From: an uncultured virus (IMG/VR IMGVR_UViG_3300005436_000011)
Taxonomy: Duplodnaviria > Heunggongvirae > Uroviricota > Caudoviricetes
IMG/VR virus record: IMGVR_UViG_3300005436_000011
Strand: one strand, 5' to 3'
DNA: 64,000 nucleotides
A model generated the notes under the pieces. That model saw only the letters and a program-made list of their open reading frames with translations, made no database searches and was not told the DNA's origin. Shown one piece after another: positions 17,531-27,310 of this stretch. Numbering within the stretch: the first letter of the stretch is position 1; each line of letters opens with the position of its first letter. Both the position numbers and the translations under genes were made by a program.

Positions 17531-20500
17531 CAGGCGCTCCCTCGACCGAAGAGGGACAGGCCGTTGGTGGGGTTTCGCAGGTTGTAGCGCAGCGTCTGGG
17601 TTTGGGTGAGCTCCCGCAGCTGCTTCTCCGCGATCACCGAACCCTGCACGTTGTTGTTGATGACGAGGATGCCGCCGCCCGCGCCGCCGGCGGCGAGGCC
17701 GGCGGCGCCGCTGGGCAGGCCGAGGCCGAGTGGCGTCGTGGCGCCGCTGAGACCCGCGGTGAGGGTTCCCTTGACGGCGCTGACGGCGGACGTGATGAGG
17801 TGGGAGTTGCTGGTCATGCCGAGGGCGATGCCCTCCACGATGCCGATGCCGACGGTGTCGGCCATGACCTTGGACGGCGAGTTGATGCCGAGGGCGTCCA
17901 TGAAGCCCTGCTTGACGGCGCTGGCGAAGTCGGCGATGTTGCTCATCAGCCAGTTCCAGCCGCTGGTGATGCCGGACCACAGGCCGTGCACGATGTCGGC
18001 ACCGGCGCTGAGAAGCCAGCTGCCCGCCGACTGCATCGGGTTCTTCACCGCGTTCTTGACGCTGTTGCCGCCGCCGGCCATGATGTTGGCGATGTCCCCG
18101 ATCTTGTGCATGATGCCGTCGATGAAGCCCTGCACGAGGTCGCGGGCAGTGTTCTCGAGCCAGTGGTACGCGTCGCTGACCCAGCCCCTGATCTGGTTGG
18201 GGAGGTTCTGCCACCAGTTCTTGAGGTCGGTGAGCTTCTGGGCGAGGCCGTTGATGAAGCCGTTGACCGTGTCCTTGCCGGTCGTCAGCATCCACACGCC
18301 GGCGTCGGCGGCGGCCTTCTTGATCTCGTTTGGGAGCTGGGTCGTGAAGAAGTCGGTGATCGACTTGACCTTGCTGTTGATGCCCTGACCGAGGTTGAGC
18401 ATGAGGTCGCTGCCCCACTTGAACGCCTCACCGGCCGCGTGGCCGAGCGCGTAGCCGATGATGGTGGGCATGTTCTTGAACAGGAAGCCGATGTCATCCA
18501 GGGTGCTCTTGACCTTGTCCCTCAGGGCCTGCATGGCCGCGCTCCACGCGGTCTGGATGTCCTTCTTGAGCTGGTCGACTGCCGTGGTGAAGAAGCCGGG
18601 GACGCTGTTGATGATCCGACCGAGGGTGATGAAGCCGTCCTGCGCGTGCTGAGGCAGCTGAAGCAGCGGGGTGATGAGGTCGTTGGCCTTGGTCGTGAGG
18701 TTGACGAAGGACTTCGCGGCGACGTCGAGGCCACTCGCGGCGAGGTTGAGGATGGCCGAGCCGATCTTGGCCGTGGCGTTGACGAAGGGCTCGGCGTCCT
18801 TGACCAGCTCGGTCAGGTTCTTGATGATCGGGACGAGCGAGGGAAGCGCGTCCTCGAACGCCTTCGCGAGGTTGATGACGGGCGGGATGAGGTCCGGCAG
18901 GACCTTCGCGATCTCCTTGAGGATCTCGTTGGCGAGGTCGGTGAGCGGCGGCAGCAGCGGCGTGAGGCCGTCGAGCAGGTTCTGAAACGCCTGTCCGAGA
19001 TCGTTGCCGAGCTCGTCGGCGATCTTCTGCACCGTGGGCAGCAGCGGCTCGAGCGCCCTCAGAAAGTCGTCGATGTAGGTGACGACGACGGCGAGCGGCG
19101 GCGCGATGATCTTGAGCGCGTCGACGAGCAGCGAGCCGATGACCTTGACGAGGTCGTTGAAGACGGCGGCGAGCGGCCCCATGACCGGCCTCAGCGCCTG
19201 GAACGCGTCACCGATGGTCTTGATGATGCCCTTGAAGGCCTCGCCGATGTCGGTGTTCTTCGCCATGTCCTGAAAGGCGGTGTTCAGCATCTTGAACAGG
19301 TCGATCGCGGCCGGCATCATGACGTTGCCGATGCTGATCGCCGTGGTCTCGAGCTGGGCCTTGAACTGCGAGAACACGAAGCTGAGGTTGTTCTGCACCT
19401 CGGAGAAGCCGACGACGTTGCCCTGGGCGTCGGCGGTCGCGCCGCCGACCTTCGCGATGGCGGCGCTGAGGGTGTCGGCGTCGCCGCTCGTGACCTCGAG
19501 CGCGGCCTGCAGGCCGGGGGACGTGCCGATCAGCTTCTTCATCGCCTCGGGGACGGTCTGCCCCACGGCGGCGGCGTTCTTCTCCGCGACCTGCCGCAGC
19601 CACTCGAGGGTGCCGGAGAGCCCGTCCGTGCCGAGGTGCTGCCGCACGTCATCGGTCGTGATGTTGAGCTCGCCGAACTCCTTCTTCATCTGGTTCGTGG
19701 GGGCGATGAGGCTCTTGATCGCGGCGGCGACGTCCTGGGCGGCGCGCTGGGCGGTCGTGCCCTTCGCGGTCATCGCGGCCTCGACCGTGGCCACGTCCTG
19801 GAAGCTGAGGCCCACCGATTGGGCGATGGGCAGGACCGTGGAGAGGGACTTCGAGAAGGCGTCGAAGTTGGTCTTGCCGAAGGAGATGGCGGTGACCATC
19901 TTGCTGGTGATGTCGCCGGCCTGGTCCGCGGTGAGGTTGTAGTCCTTCATGACCGTGGTGACGGCGTCGGCGACGTGGGTCAGGTCGGCGCCCTCGTCCT
20001 TGGCGCCCTCCGCGGCGGCCTGCATGACCTTGAGGCCGTCCGCGGCGTGGTAGCCGGCGGACTCGATGGGGTACATCGCCGCGGCCAGCTGGTTCGCGGT
20101 GAAGCCGACCTTCGAGGACATGTCGAGCAGGCCCTGGCTGACCATGCCCGTCGCCTGCTGCGACTCGCCGGCGCTGGTGACGAGCCGGGTGACGGCGGCC
20201 TGGAAGTCGCCGGCCATCGTGAGGCTTCCGGCCGCGACCCCGGCGACGGCGATGCCGGTCTTCTCGGCGAGGCCCGCGATGGTGGCGCCGACGCCGTCGA
20301 GCAGGCCACTGGAGGCGGAGGCTCTCGACGCGGCGCCCTCGCTCGCGGCCGCCGCGGCGTCCTGGGAGGCCGCGGCGGCGTCGGCGGCGGCACCGAGGCG
20401 GTCGAAGGAGGCCGCGGCCTCGTCGGCGGCAACCGCGATCGCGGTCGCGGACTCCTCCATCGCGGCCGACGCCTCCGTCGCCGCGGACGCGATGGTCGCG

Positions 20501-20643
20501 GCGAACTCGTCCACCATCGCGCTGGCGTCGACCATGGCCGCGTCGAGCTCCGTGAGGGACTCGATCGAGACCTGCATGCCCTCGAGCCACTGCGCGGTGT
20601 TGACGATGAGGTCGAGGACCGCGGGAGGCAGCTCCTCAGCCAC
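17530..20643 (-). CDS. tape measure protein (TP901-type core)
   Basis: ~1037 aa Ala/Leu-rich helical protein after the tail chaperones; GKTNFDAF core; LGINSPSKVM C-terminal motif. Confidence 0.9.
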   Translation of the reverse strand: MAEELPPAVLDLIVNTAQWLEGMQVSIESLTELDAAMVDASAMVDEFAATIASAATEASAAMEESATAIAVAADEAAASFDRLGAAADAAAASQDAAAAASEGAASRASASSGLLDGVGATIAGLAEKTGIAVAGVAAGSLTMAGDFQAAVTRLVTSAGESQQATGMVSQGLLDMSSKVGFTANQLAAAMYPIESAGYHAADGLKVMQAAAEGAKDEGADLTHVADAVTTVMKDYNLTADQAGDITSKMVTAISFGKTNFDAFSKSLSTVLPIAQSVGLSFQDVATVEAAMTAKGTTAQRAAQDVAAAIKSLIAPTNQMKKEFGELNITTDDVRQHLGTDGLSGTLEWLRQVAEKNAAAVGQTVPEAMKKLIGTSPGLQAALEVTSGDADTLSAAIAKVGGATADAQGNVVGFSEVQNNLSFVFSQFKAQLETTAISIGNVMMPAAIDLFKMLNTAFQDMAKNTDIGEAFKGIIKTIGDAFQALRPVMGPLAAVFNDLVKVIGSLLVDALKIIAPPLAVVVTYIDDFLRALEPLLPTVQKIADELGNDLGQAFQNLLDGLTPLLPPLTDLANEILKEIAKVLPDLIPPVINLAKAFEDALPSLVPIIKNLTELVKDAEPFVNATAKIGSAILNLAASGLDVAAKSFVNLTTKANDLITPLLQLPQHAQDGFITLGRIINSVPGFFTTAVDQLKKDIQTAWSAAMQALRDKVKSTLDDIGFLFKNMPTIIGYALGHAAGEAFKWGSDLMLNLGQGINSKVKSITDFFTTQLPNEIKKAAADAGVWMLTTGKDTVNGFINGLAQKLTDLKNWWQNLPNQIRGWVSDAYHWLENTARDLVQGFIDGIMHKIGDIANIMAGGGNSVKNAVKNPMQSAGSWLLSAGADIVHGLWSGITSGWNWLMSNIADFASAVKQGFMDALGINSPSKVMADTVGIGIVEGIALGMTSNSHLITSAVSAVKGTLTAGLSGATTPLGLGLPSGAAGLAAGGAGGGILVINNNVQGSVIAEKQLRELTQTQTLRYNLRNPTNGLSLFGRGSA

Positions 20644-21067
20644 CGCTGATCGCCTCACCGATCACGACGAGCGCGACCTCGTAGGCCTCGGTGGCCGCGG
20701 CCTCCCAGGCCGGGATCAGGTAGGGTCGGGAGGGAAGCTCGGTCGAGTAGCCGGGTCCCGCCGTGCCGCCGAGCTCCTGGATGCGGGCGTAGGGCGCCGT
20801 GGCGCCCACCTGGACGACGCCGTCGCCGAGCACGCTGACCTCGAGGCTGCCGGCCAGGTGGCCGGTGATCATCGCCGGTGGCTCACCCGGTGGTGCGGGG
20901 GTGGGCGTGCCGAGCGCGTGGGAGGTGCGGGTGAGCTGGGTGCGGGCCTCCCGGGCCACGGCCTCACCCATCGCCTCGGCGGCCGGCGTGGCCGCGGCCA
21001 CGCCGGCGGTCATGATCAGACCGAGCGCGTCGATCGCCGCCCGGGCCCCGGTGCTCGCCACGGTCAC
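20636..21067 (-). CDS. HK97 gp10-like tail/neck completion protein
   Basis: PGEPPAMITGHL, VGATAPYARIQELGG, LPSRPYLIPA motifs. Confidence 0.75.
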   Translation of the reverse strand: MTVASTGARAAIDALGLIMTAGVAAATPAAEAMGEAVAREARTQLTRTSHALGTPTPAPPGEPPAMITGHLAGSLEVSVLGDGVVQVGATAPYARIQELGGTAGPGYSTELPSRPYLIPAWEAAATEAYEVALVVIGEAISGG

Positions 21068-21330
21068 CTCCTGATCGGTCCGTGCGTGGAGTTGGCTTGC
21101 TGCTTGCTGCGGAACTCGTGGGCCTCGTGCGCCGCCTCCTCCACGGTCGGCAGCCACTCGAGGGCCTCGATGGGTAGGGCGTCAACCTGGTCCGGGGTCC
21201 AGCCGTAGACCTTCGCGTACCAGCGCCACAGGAGCACCCGCTCCGGCATCCCCTCCGGCAGGGGCACGTGCTGTTGCCCCTGGCTGAGGAAGAAGGCGAC
21301 TAGCCGGCGGCGGGCGTCTCGCGGTTTGGG
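21064..21330 (-). CDS. tail assembly chaperone, frameshift extension (gpGT C-terminal part)
   Basis: -1 frame entered at slippery site C CCA AAC; YGWTPDQVDALP motif. Confidence 0.75.
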   Translation of the reverse strand, partial: PKPRDARRRLVAFFLSQGQQHVPLPEGMPERVLLWRWYAKVYGWTPDQVDALPIEALEWLPTVEEAAHEAHEFRSKQQANSTHGPIRR

Positions 21331-21647
21331 AGCTTGGCCGTCACCCGCTTGAGGAGGGCGTCGGTCTTGGCGTGGAGCTCCAGGTAGTCGTCGAGGTCCA
21401 GGGCGGCGACCGCGTCGACGCCGCCGCCCTGGCTCGGGATCGGCTCGGGGTAGGACCACCCCGTGATGATGTTCGCGAGCAGGGTGTCATGCATGCGGTC
21501 GGTGAGGTCGCCGCCCACCTCCTGCTCGATGCGGTCGTCACCCTGCTTGACCGTGATGCGAACCAGGGTGTTGACCGCGGTGCGGTCGCCGCCCTGCAGC
21601 CTGTCTCGGACCTCGACCCAGCTGCCGCTGGACAGCTCCACTCGCAT
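21300..21647 (-). CDS. tail assembly chaperone (gpG)
   Basis: Between tail tube and tape measure; GGAGG RBS; IITGWS motif. Confidence 0.8.
   Translation of the reverse strand: MRVELSSGSWVEVRDRLQGGDRTAVNTLVRITVKQGDDRIEQEVGGDLTDRMHDTLLANIITGWSYPEPIPSQGGGVDAVAALDLDDYLELHAKTDALLKRVTAKLPNRETPAAG
21324..21330 (-). other. programmed -1 ribosomal frameshift site CCCAAAC
   Basis: X XXY YYZ heptamer in correct phase (CTC CCA AAC) near the end of the chaperone gene. Confidence 0.75.
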
Positions 21648-21659
21648 AGCTCCTCCGAC

Positions 21660-22886
21660 CTAGTACGGCGCGTAGTTGTTGGTGACGATGACGGTGACGG
21701 GGCCGAGGCCGCCGGAGCCGCCGCTGTTGCTGCTGTTGGCGACGGCCGTGATGCCGTCGTCGTAGCCGACGAGGACGCCGCCGCGGTTGATCTTGGACTT
21801 GATGAACGCGGCCTGAGCCATCACGAACGTGTAGTTGATGTGGCTGGTGCCGCTGAGGCCGTTGTCGACGTTGATGACGACGGCAGGCTGGGTGTTGTTC
21901 AGATACTGCAGGAGGGCGGTCTCGTCGTAGGCGACGCTGAAGTTCAGGGTGCCGGACGCGTCGAGGGGGCCGCGGGCGATGATGTACGGGTTCTGGAAGC
22001 CCTGGTTGGTCCAGTAGACCTGCAGCGTGCGCTTGATCGTCATGGCCCACTGGCCGATGTCGTAGATCGCGGACGAGCCGATCGTGATGTTGGTGCGCCA
22101 GGCCGGGATCGGCACCACGAAGTTGCTGCTGATGGTGGGGGTCGAGGCGGCGGGCTGGCTGATCCAGGAGTTGCCGGACACCTTCGCCATGAACAGCGCC
22201 TCGGCGCTGCCGGTGAAGTCGATCTGGCTGACGCACAGGGACGGGTAGGACCGCGCGCCCACCGTGGTGGTGAGGGCGGTATAGTCCGTCGCGGTGTGGG
22301 TGGGCGGCTGGCCGGTGCCGCTGTTGAGGATGTTGAACCGGTGCGTGTAGGACCCGGACACCGTCTGCACGGTGGCGTTGTTGGCGTGGTTGAACCGCAG
22401 CGGGTAGCCGGTGAACGTGAGCGAGTTGCCGGCGGCCGCGGAGAGCTTGACCACCTCGGCGAGGTTGCCGACGTCGATCTGCACGTTCTGGCTGGCGGCG
22501 AAGCCGGCGGTCGTGCCGACGGTGACGTTGGTGTTGCCGGCCGAGCTGGCGGCGGACGTGTTGGAGGTGCCGCCGATGGCGGGCTGGCCGCTGGTGGACA
22601 GGTCACCGAACGCGTTGTCGAGGAAGTAGCCGTAGACGTCGCCGAAGACGGGGCCACCGTAGTTGAACGTCGCGTCCTCGACGCCCTGGATCTCCTGGTA
22701 GACGAGGGCCATGGAGCCGCGGATCGCCTCGTCGGGGAGGTACTTGACGAGGTCCTCGGGCTCGTAGGTGCCCTTGTCGAGGGGGATCGTGACGACCGGC
22801 AGGACCGGGTTGCCGACGGTGGTCTCGCGGGCGATCCCCAGCCAGGTCTTGGTGGAGGGCGAGACGAAGGGTGGGATGTTGCTCAT
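21660..22886 (-). CDS. major tail tube protein with inserted beta domain
   Basis: WLGIARETTVG N-terminus, YTHRF, position before the chaperones. Confidence 0.8.
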   Translation of the reverse strand: MSNIPPFVSPSTKTWLGIARETTVGNPVLPVVTIPLDKGTYEPEDLVKYLPDEAIRGSMALVYQEIQGVEDATFNYGGPVFGDVYGYFLDNAFGDLSTSGQPAIGGTSNTSAASSAGNTNVTVGTTAGFAASQNVQIDVGNLAEVVKLSAAAGNSLTFTGYPLRFNHANNATVQTVSGSYTHRFNILNSGTGQPPTHTATDYTALTTTVGARSYPSLCVSQIDFTGSAEALFMAKVSGNSWISQPAASTPTISSNFVVPIPAWRTNITIGSSAIYDIGQWAMTIKRTLQVYWTNQGFQNPYIIARGPLDASGTLNFSVAYDETALLQYLNNTQPAVVINVDNGLSGTSHINYTFVMAQAAFIKSKINRGGVLVGYDDGITAVANSSNSGGSGGLGPVTVIVTNNYAPY

Positions 22887-22932
22887 CGAGCGCCTCCAGT
22901 CGGGATGGCTGAGGTCACACAGCTCCTTCTCA

Positions 22933-23454
22933 CTAGGCTGCGAACACCTCGTTGATCACGAGCGTGATCAAGGCATCGTAGCGGTTGTACCGCTGGTCCA
23001 CGAGCGCCCGGAGCGTGATCTGGTAGTCCATGACCTCACCCACGTCGATCAGGTAGCTCTCCCGGTTGGTCCACGGGTCGAGCAGGACCGGCGTGGTGTC
23101 GGGTGAGAGCCGCAGCTTCTCCATCACCCAGTCGACCATCCCAGGGAAGAGCGTGTCGGCGTCGGGATCGTCATCCTGCCCGAACCACACGAGGTAGACG
23201 TCGAGGCGGTGCTGCTGGGTCTTGAGCCCGGCGGCAGAGTTCGGAGACGTGGTAGCGCGTGGAATGGTGCCGCCGTGGGCGGGGTTGCGGTTCTCCCGGC
23301 CCCGGGAGGGCCACACGTACGCCTGCGGGACGTTCGCGTCGACGTTGGGATCGGGTGGGGTGATCTGGCACTGCAGGGCCGGCAGGTTCGTGATGGGCCA
23401 CGTGAGGCCGTTCAGGAGCTCGCTGACGTAGACCTGCGTGGTGTTGATCGGCAC
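22933..23454 (-). CDS. putative tail terminator
   Basis: GGGAGG RBS; position immediately upstream of the tail tube gene. Confidence 0.55.
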   Translation of the reverse strand: MPINTTQVYVSELLNGLTWPITNLPALQCQITPPDPNVDANVPQAYVWPSRGRENRNPAHGGTIPRATTSPNSAAGLKTQQHRLDVYLVWFGQDDDPDADTLFPGMVDWVMEKLRLSPDTTPVLLDPWTNRESYLIDVGEVMDYQITLRALVDQRYNRYDALITLVINEVFAA

Positions 23455-23469
23455 CGGCGGTCCTCCCTC

Positions 23470-23889
23470 TCAGCGACGTCGACGACCTTGCCGGCGGCCG
23501 CGTCGCCCGGCGTGGTGACGGTGCGCGTGGTGGACCACGTGCGAGTGTCTCTTGTGGTGAAAGCCCTTGCGCACGTGCCGGCGGTGCGTGTAGTGGGCGC
23601 GGCGACGGGCGTGGTGCTCGGCGGCGCGGCGCTTCTTCTCCGCGTGACGCCTGCGCGTGTAGTGGGCGCGAACGACGCGGTGCGTGAACCTGCGCTTGCC
23701 GTGGCTTCCCTTGTGAGGGTGCCGGTGGCCGGCGGTGCGGTGCCGGTGGGAGTGGCGCAGCACGTGTCGGTGTCGGGCCACGTGGGCGCGACGGTGAGCT
23801 CGCCGCGCCGCGCCGCGAGCGTGGTGAACGTTGCGGGCGCGGGAGTGCCGCCCGGCCGGGTGCAGGCCGAGCGTGCGGTGAAACGCCAC
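23470..23889 (-). CDS. His/Arg-rich protamine-like basic protein
   Basis: 139-aa ORF exactly filling the gap between adaptor stop (23890) and the next RBS; about half Arg+His. Confidence 0.65.
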   Translation of the reverse strand: MAFHRTLGLHPAGRHSRARNVHHARGAARRAHRRAHVARHRHVLRHSHRHRTAGHRHPHKGSHGKRRFTHRVVRAHYTRRRHAEKKRRAAEHHARRRAHYTHRRHVRKGFHHKRHSHVVHHAHRHHAGRRGRRQGRRRR

Positions 23890-24837
23890 CTACACGGTGC
23901 GCCGGAAGGGATCGAGCAGAAGCTCGGCCTCCCCGGCGAGGTCGGCGGGGCTCTTGACGCCGGCGGTGCTGCCGCCGCCACCGGGGATGGTCTGTACCGT
24001 GGTGGCCGTGGCGCCGCGGGTGAGGGCGATGCTGCTGCCGTAGAGGATGACGGCCCAGATCACGGACTGCGGCAGGGTGGACACCATGACGCCGGCGGCG
24101 TGGGCGTACTGCAGGGGCGCGCTCAGCGTCAGGGAGCCGGGGCCGGCGACCGCGGAGGCGGCGGTGACGTGCGCGACCTCCTGGCTGCCGGAGTCGAACA
24201 CGGTGCCGGTCGCGCCGGTGACCCCGAGCGCCTCGGAGGTGACCGCCCAACCGGTGCAGTCGTCGACCTGGAGGGTCGTCGCGCCGGCGGAGGTGGGGGC
24301 GGTGAGGGACGTGTGCGGCCAGCCGTTGATGTACTGGCACTTGACGACGTAGCCGTTGCGGCCGAGCGCCCAGTTGACCCAGCCGGGGGCGAAGACGATG
24401 GACTGGCCGCCCTCGCCGGCGGCGGATGGGGCGCTGGAGCCGTAGACGCCGATGACGGGGTGCTCGATGTCGTAGGCGTTGGTGGGCAGGATGGCGTACT
24501 GCCGAGGGAAGACGTTGGGGGAGACCGCGAGGCTGACGATCTGCAGGACGGGCCAGCGCTGCAGGATGAAGCGGCCGTTGCCGGTGCCGTTCTGGACCGT
24601 GATGCGGAAGTCGGGGCCCTGCTGGATCTCGGTGTCGAGCGTGGCCCGCAGCACCTGGTTGCAGTAGGTGTCGGCCTCGCCGGTCGCGCGGGCGCAGATG
24701 TTGGCCTGCTCCGCGAGCTGTTGGGCGGGCGTGGTGCCGCGGCCGGGCGGGATGGAGGACCACGAGATGCCGGTGGGCGCGGACGTGAGCAGCTCGGGCG
24801 TGACGTAGGGGGTGAGGGGGCCGACCGGCAGCGTCAC
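23890..24837 (-). CDS. head-to-tail adaptor
   Basis: PYVTPELL, RATGEADTYCNQVL, YINGWPHT, AELLLDPFRR motifs. Confidence 0.75.
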   Translation of the reverse strand: MTLPVGPLTPYVTPELLTSAPTGISWSSIPPGRGTTPAQQLAEQANICARATGEADTYCNQVLRATLDTEIQQGPDFRITVQNGTGNGRFILQRWPVLQIVSLAVSPNVFPRQYAILPTNAYDIEHPVIGVYGSSAPSAAGEGGQSIVFAPGWVNWALGRNGYVVKCQYINGWPHTSLTAPTSAGATTLQVDDCTGWAVTSEALGVTGATGTVFDSGSQEVAHVTAASAVAGPGSLTLSAPLQYAHAAGVMVSTLPQSVIWAVILYGSSIALTRGATATTVQTIPGGGGSTAGVKSPADLAGEAELLLDPFRRTV

Positions 24838-25025
24838 GTGGTCACCGTTCTCTCAGCCTTGATGCACTTGCGGCACAGGTAGCCGTCGCGGTCGGTGACC
24901 CAGATCGCGTGCTTGACGCAGAGCGGCACGAGGCAGGCCACGCACTGGGTGAAGGGCTGGGTGGAGGCGGCGCGCCTGCCGCGGCGAACGGTCCCGCACC
25001 GGCCGCAGACGCCCCGCCTCGACAC
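24834..25025 (-). CDS. small Cys-rich Zn-finger protein
   Basis: Several CxxC/CxxH pairs; translationally coupled. Confidence 0.55.
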   Translation of the reverse strand: MSRRGVCGRCGTVRRGRRAASTQPFTQCVACLVPLCVKHAIWVTDRDGYLCRKCIKAERTVTT

Positions 25026-25028
25026 TCG

Positions 25029-25661
25029 CTATCCCGCCTGAGTCAGCCGCTCGAGGAGCTGGGCGCGGTTGCCGGTGTCGGCCACACCGCGGTCTCGCGC
25101 GAGGGCTCGCAGGTCCTTGACGGTGAGCTTGCTCAGGTTCACCGGCTCGTCGTCCTCGAGCAGGTCGGGGACGAGCTCCGCGGCCTCACTCGTCACCGAC
25201 GACACCTGGGTGCGGTTGGGGGACGCGACACCCGTCGGGTTGTCCTTGGTGGCTCCCACCGGCGGCTCCTCCGGGGAGCTGGTCAGGGCGGTGAGCGCCT
25301 TGGTGACCTCGGGGTTGATGCCAGCCAGCGCCGTGGTCATGATCGCCATCAGCTTCTGCATGCCCTCCTGGGAGGACGCGAGGCTGGCGATCGACGTCTG
25401 CAGGCTCGCCGCGATGTTCTTCTCGCCGCGCTTCTCCTGCAGCTCGCGGAGCTTGGCCTCGTCGGGGGTCTCCGGGATCTCCTCGGTGTCGGCGGCCCAG
25501 TGCGGGTCCTTGCGCAGGTGGTTCTCGCACGCGGGGCAGCTCAGCGCCCACACCTTGGCCGGGGAGCCGTGGGTCACCGGCCGCGAGTGCGTGGCTCCAC
25601 ACCCCCCGTGGTCCCTCGACAGAGCGACGCTCATGACGTCACTCCGGGCGAACAGGGTCAC
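25029..25661 (-). CDS. hypothetical protein with C-terminal SAP/Rho-N-like nucleic-acid-binding motif
   Basis: LSKLTVKDLRALARDRGV..TGNRAQLLERL C-terminus; GAGGAGG RBS before GTG at 25661. Confidence 0.7.
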   Translation of the reverse strand: MTLFARSDVMSVALSRDHGGCGATHSRPVTHGSPAKVWALSCPACENHLRKDPHWAADTEEIPETPDEAKLRELQEKRGEKNIAASLQTSIASLASSQEGMQKLMAIMTTALAGINPEVTKALTALTSSPEEPPVGATKDNPTGVASPNRTQVSSVTSEAAELVPDLLEDDEPVNLSKLTVKDLRALARDRGVADTGNRAQLLERLTQAG

Positions 25662-25948
25662 GGTTCCTCCTCGATTGACTTGACGGTGTATCCCTTTTCC
25701 CGGCACTCGGGACAGGCAGCGACCGTGGCCTCAAACCGCGCTCGCGCCCACCGTCCCGCCGCCTCCCACGTCTCCTCGGACGCGTCGGGAGCCGGCAAGC
25801 CGCCGACCACGTAGTGGCCGCGGAGGTGCCACCGCATCTCTCTCACGGCCTCGTCGAGCTCAGGCTCACCGACGGGTGCGGGGAGGATCGGGCTGAACGG
25901 TGGGAAGACCGAGCTCTTCAGGTCGATCTCACTCTCACGCTCGGTCAC
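25658..25948 (-). CDS. hypothetical protein
   Basis: GTGA-coupled in operon. Confidence 0.55.
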   Translation of the reverse strand: MTERESEIDLKSSVFPPFSPILPAPVGEPELDEAVREMRWHLRGHYVVGGLPAPDASEETWEAAGRWARARFEATVAACPECREKGYTVKSIEEEP

Positions 25949-26127
25949 CGACGTCCCTTGCTGATCGGGTAGATCAGCGATGCGGGCTGTGTCAGGTCAT
26001 ACCACGAGCCGAACTCCCTATAGAACAGGTGCCCGTGGCAGTCGTCGCATCGCCAGTGTGAGTGCTCTCGCTTCTCGTCGCAGATGTCCGGGCAGGGAAT
26101 CTGAGCGCACTCGTGCTCGGTCACCAC
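25945..26127 (-). CDS. small Cys/His-rich hypothetical protein
   Basis: Coupled to neighbours. Confidence 0.45.
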   Translation of the reverse strand: MVTEHECAQIPCPDICDEKREHSHWRCDDCHGHLFYREFGSWYDLTQPASLIYPISKGRR

Positions 26128-26744
26128 CGGTCGCCCCGTCCGGACGTGTTTCCCGTCACCCCAGGCGCGCCCATACCGTGGTGGTACCAGTACCAGGTGC
26201 GGCGGGGCACGTGGTGAACCCTCGCGCCGGCCTTGCAGCAGTTGACGGTGAACTCGAAGTCCTCGCCATAGACCTGACCGTCAACCATCTCGCCCTGCGG
26301 CGGCGCGATGCCGACGGCCTGCGCGAGCTCGGTGCGGACGAGCGTGGTGACCGTGGTCTGGTGCGGGTCGTTGACGTCGAACGGGCGGCCGAGGTGGCCG
26401 AGCGGGTCGACGTCGGGACGGTCGTTGTTGGCGGCGTCCCGCACCATGTAGTACGAGTAGACGTAGTCCGCGCCCGTCTCGAGCGCCGCGCAGTACAGGA
26501 TCTCGAGGTGGTTGGGCATGAACGCGTCGTCGTCGTCGAGGAACGCGACCCACTCGGTTCGGACGGCGTCAAGGGCGCGCTGCCGCGTGACGCCGGCGCC
26601 GGCGTGCGTGGTGTCCTGGGCGATGGAGACGCTCCACGCGGGCAGGGTCTGCTGACTGACCGACTGCACCGCGCGAAGGAGGTGGTCTCGCCGCGGCGGG
26701 ATCGTGGGGATGCAGACGGTGATGTCACCCTTGGCGGTTCTCAC
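26121..26744 (-). CDS. GT2-family glycosyltransferase
   Basis: ITVCIPT, SVSQQT, WVAFLDDDD, GEDFEF motifs. Confidence 0.85.
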   Translation of the reverse strand: MRTAKGDITVCIPTIPPRRDHLLRAVQSVSQQTLPAWSVSIAQDTTHAGAGVTRQRALDAVRTEWVAFLDDDDAFMPNHLEILYCAALETGADYVYSYYMVRDAANNDRPDVDPLGHLGRPFDVNDPHQTTVTTLVRTELAQAVGIAPPQGEMVDGQVYGEDFEFTVNCCKAGARVHHVPRRTWYWYHHGMGAPGVTGNTSGRGDRW

Positions 26745-27310
26745 GGCCGCCTCCGACACGCGTGGATCTGATAGTCGTAGGTCCAACCGGGAAGCTCGAG
26801 AACGCTGCTGACAACCGTCTCCCAGCCGGCGTTCTCGAGCATGTCGGTGACGTCGACCGTGTCCCAACCCCAGTAGTGCTCGAGGTTGCCGACCTCAGCC
26901 GTCTCACCGATCGGGGTCGACACAACCAGCGTCTCCGCAACCTGACCGATCTCGTAGAGAACGGTGTCCGGGTCATCGAGGTGCTCGATCGTTTCCGAGC
27001 AGATGAAGAGATCGACGTTGGGAACCAGGTGGATCGTCTTCTCGATCGGACCGGTGTACTGATAGCCGGGTGCGAGGTCACCGAGGTGCTCGGACAGCTT
27101 CGGCAGACCGAGACTGCCCGTGATCGCGCCGTCACCACACGACAGGTCCGCGACCGTGGAGCAGCCGTACTGCGCCGTCACCCACCGCGCGATGCTGGAC
27201 GTGACGGCGACGCGCAGGTGATGGTCGGCCCACCGGGTGTGGTCGTGTGGCGTCGCGTAGATCCGCGCGAGCGTCTCGTCGGAGTGCTTGGGCCGCAGGC
27301 GGGTTCTCAC
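26741..27310 (-). CDS. class I SAM-dependent methyltransferase
   Basis: VADLSCGDG, DLFICSETIEHLDDP, VSTP motifs. Confidence 0.8.
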   Translation of the reverse strand: MRTRLRPKHSDETLARIYATPHDHTRWADHHLRVAVTSSIARWVTAQYGCSTVADLSCGDGAITGSLGLPKLSEHLGDLAPGYQYTGPIEKTIHLVPNVDLFICSETIEHLDDPDTVLYEIGQVAETLVVSTPIGETAEVGNLEHYWGWDTVDVTDMLENAGWETVVSSVLELPGWTYDYQIHACRRRP

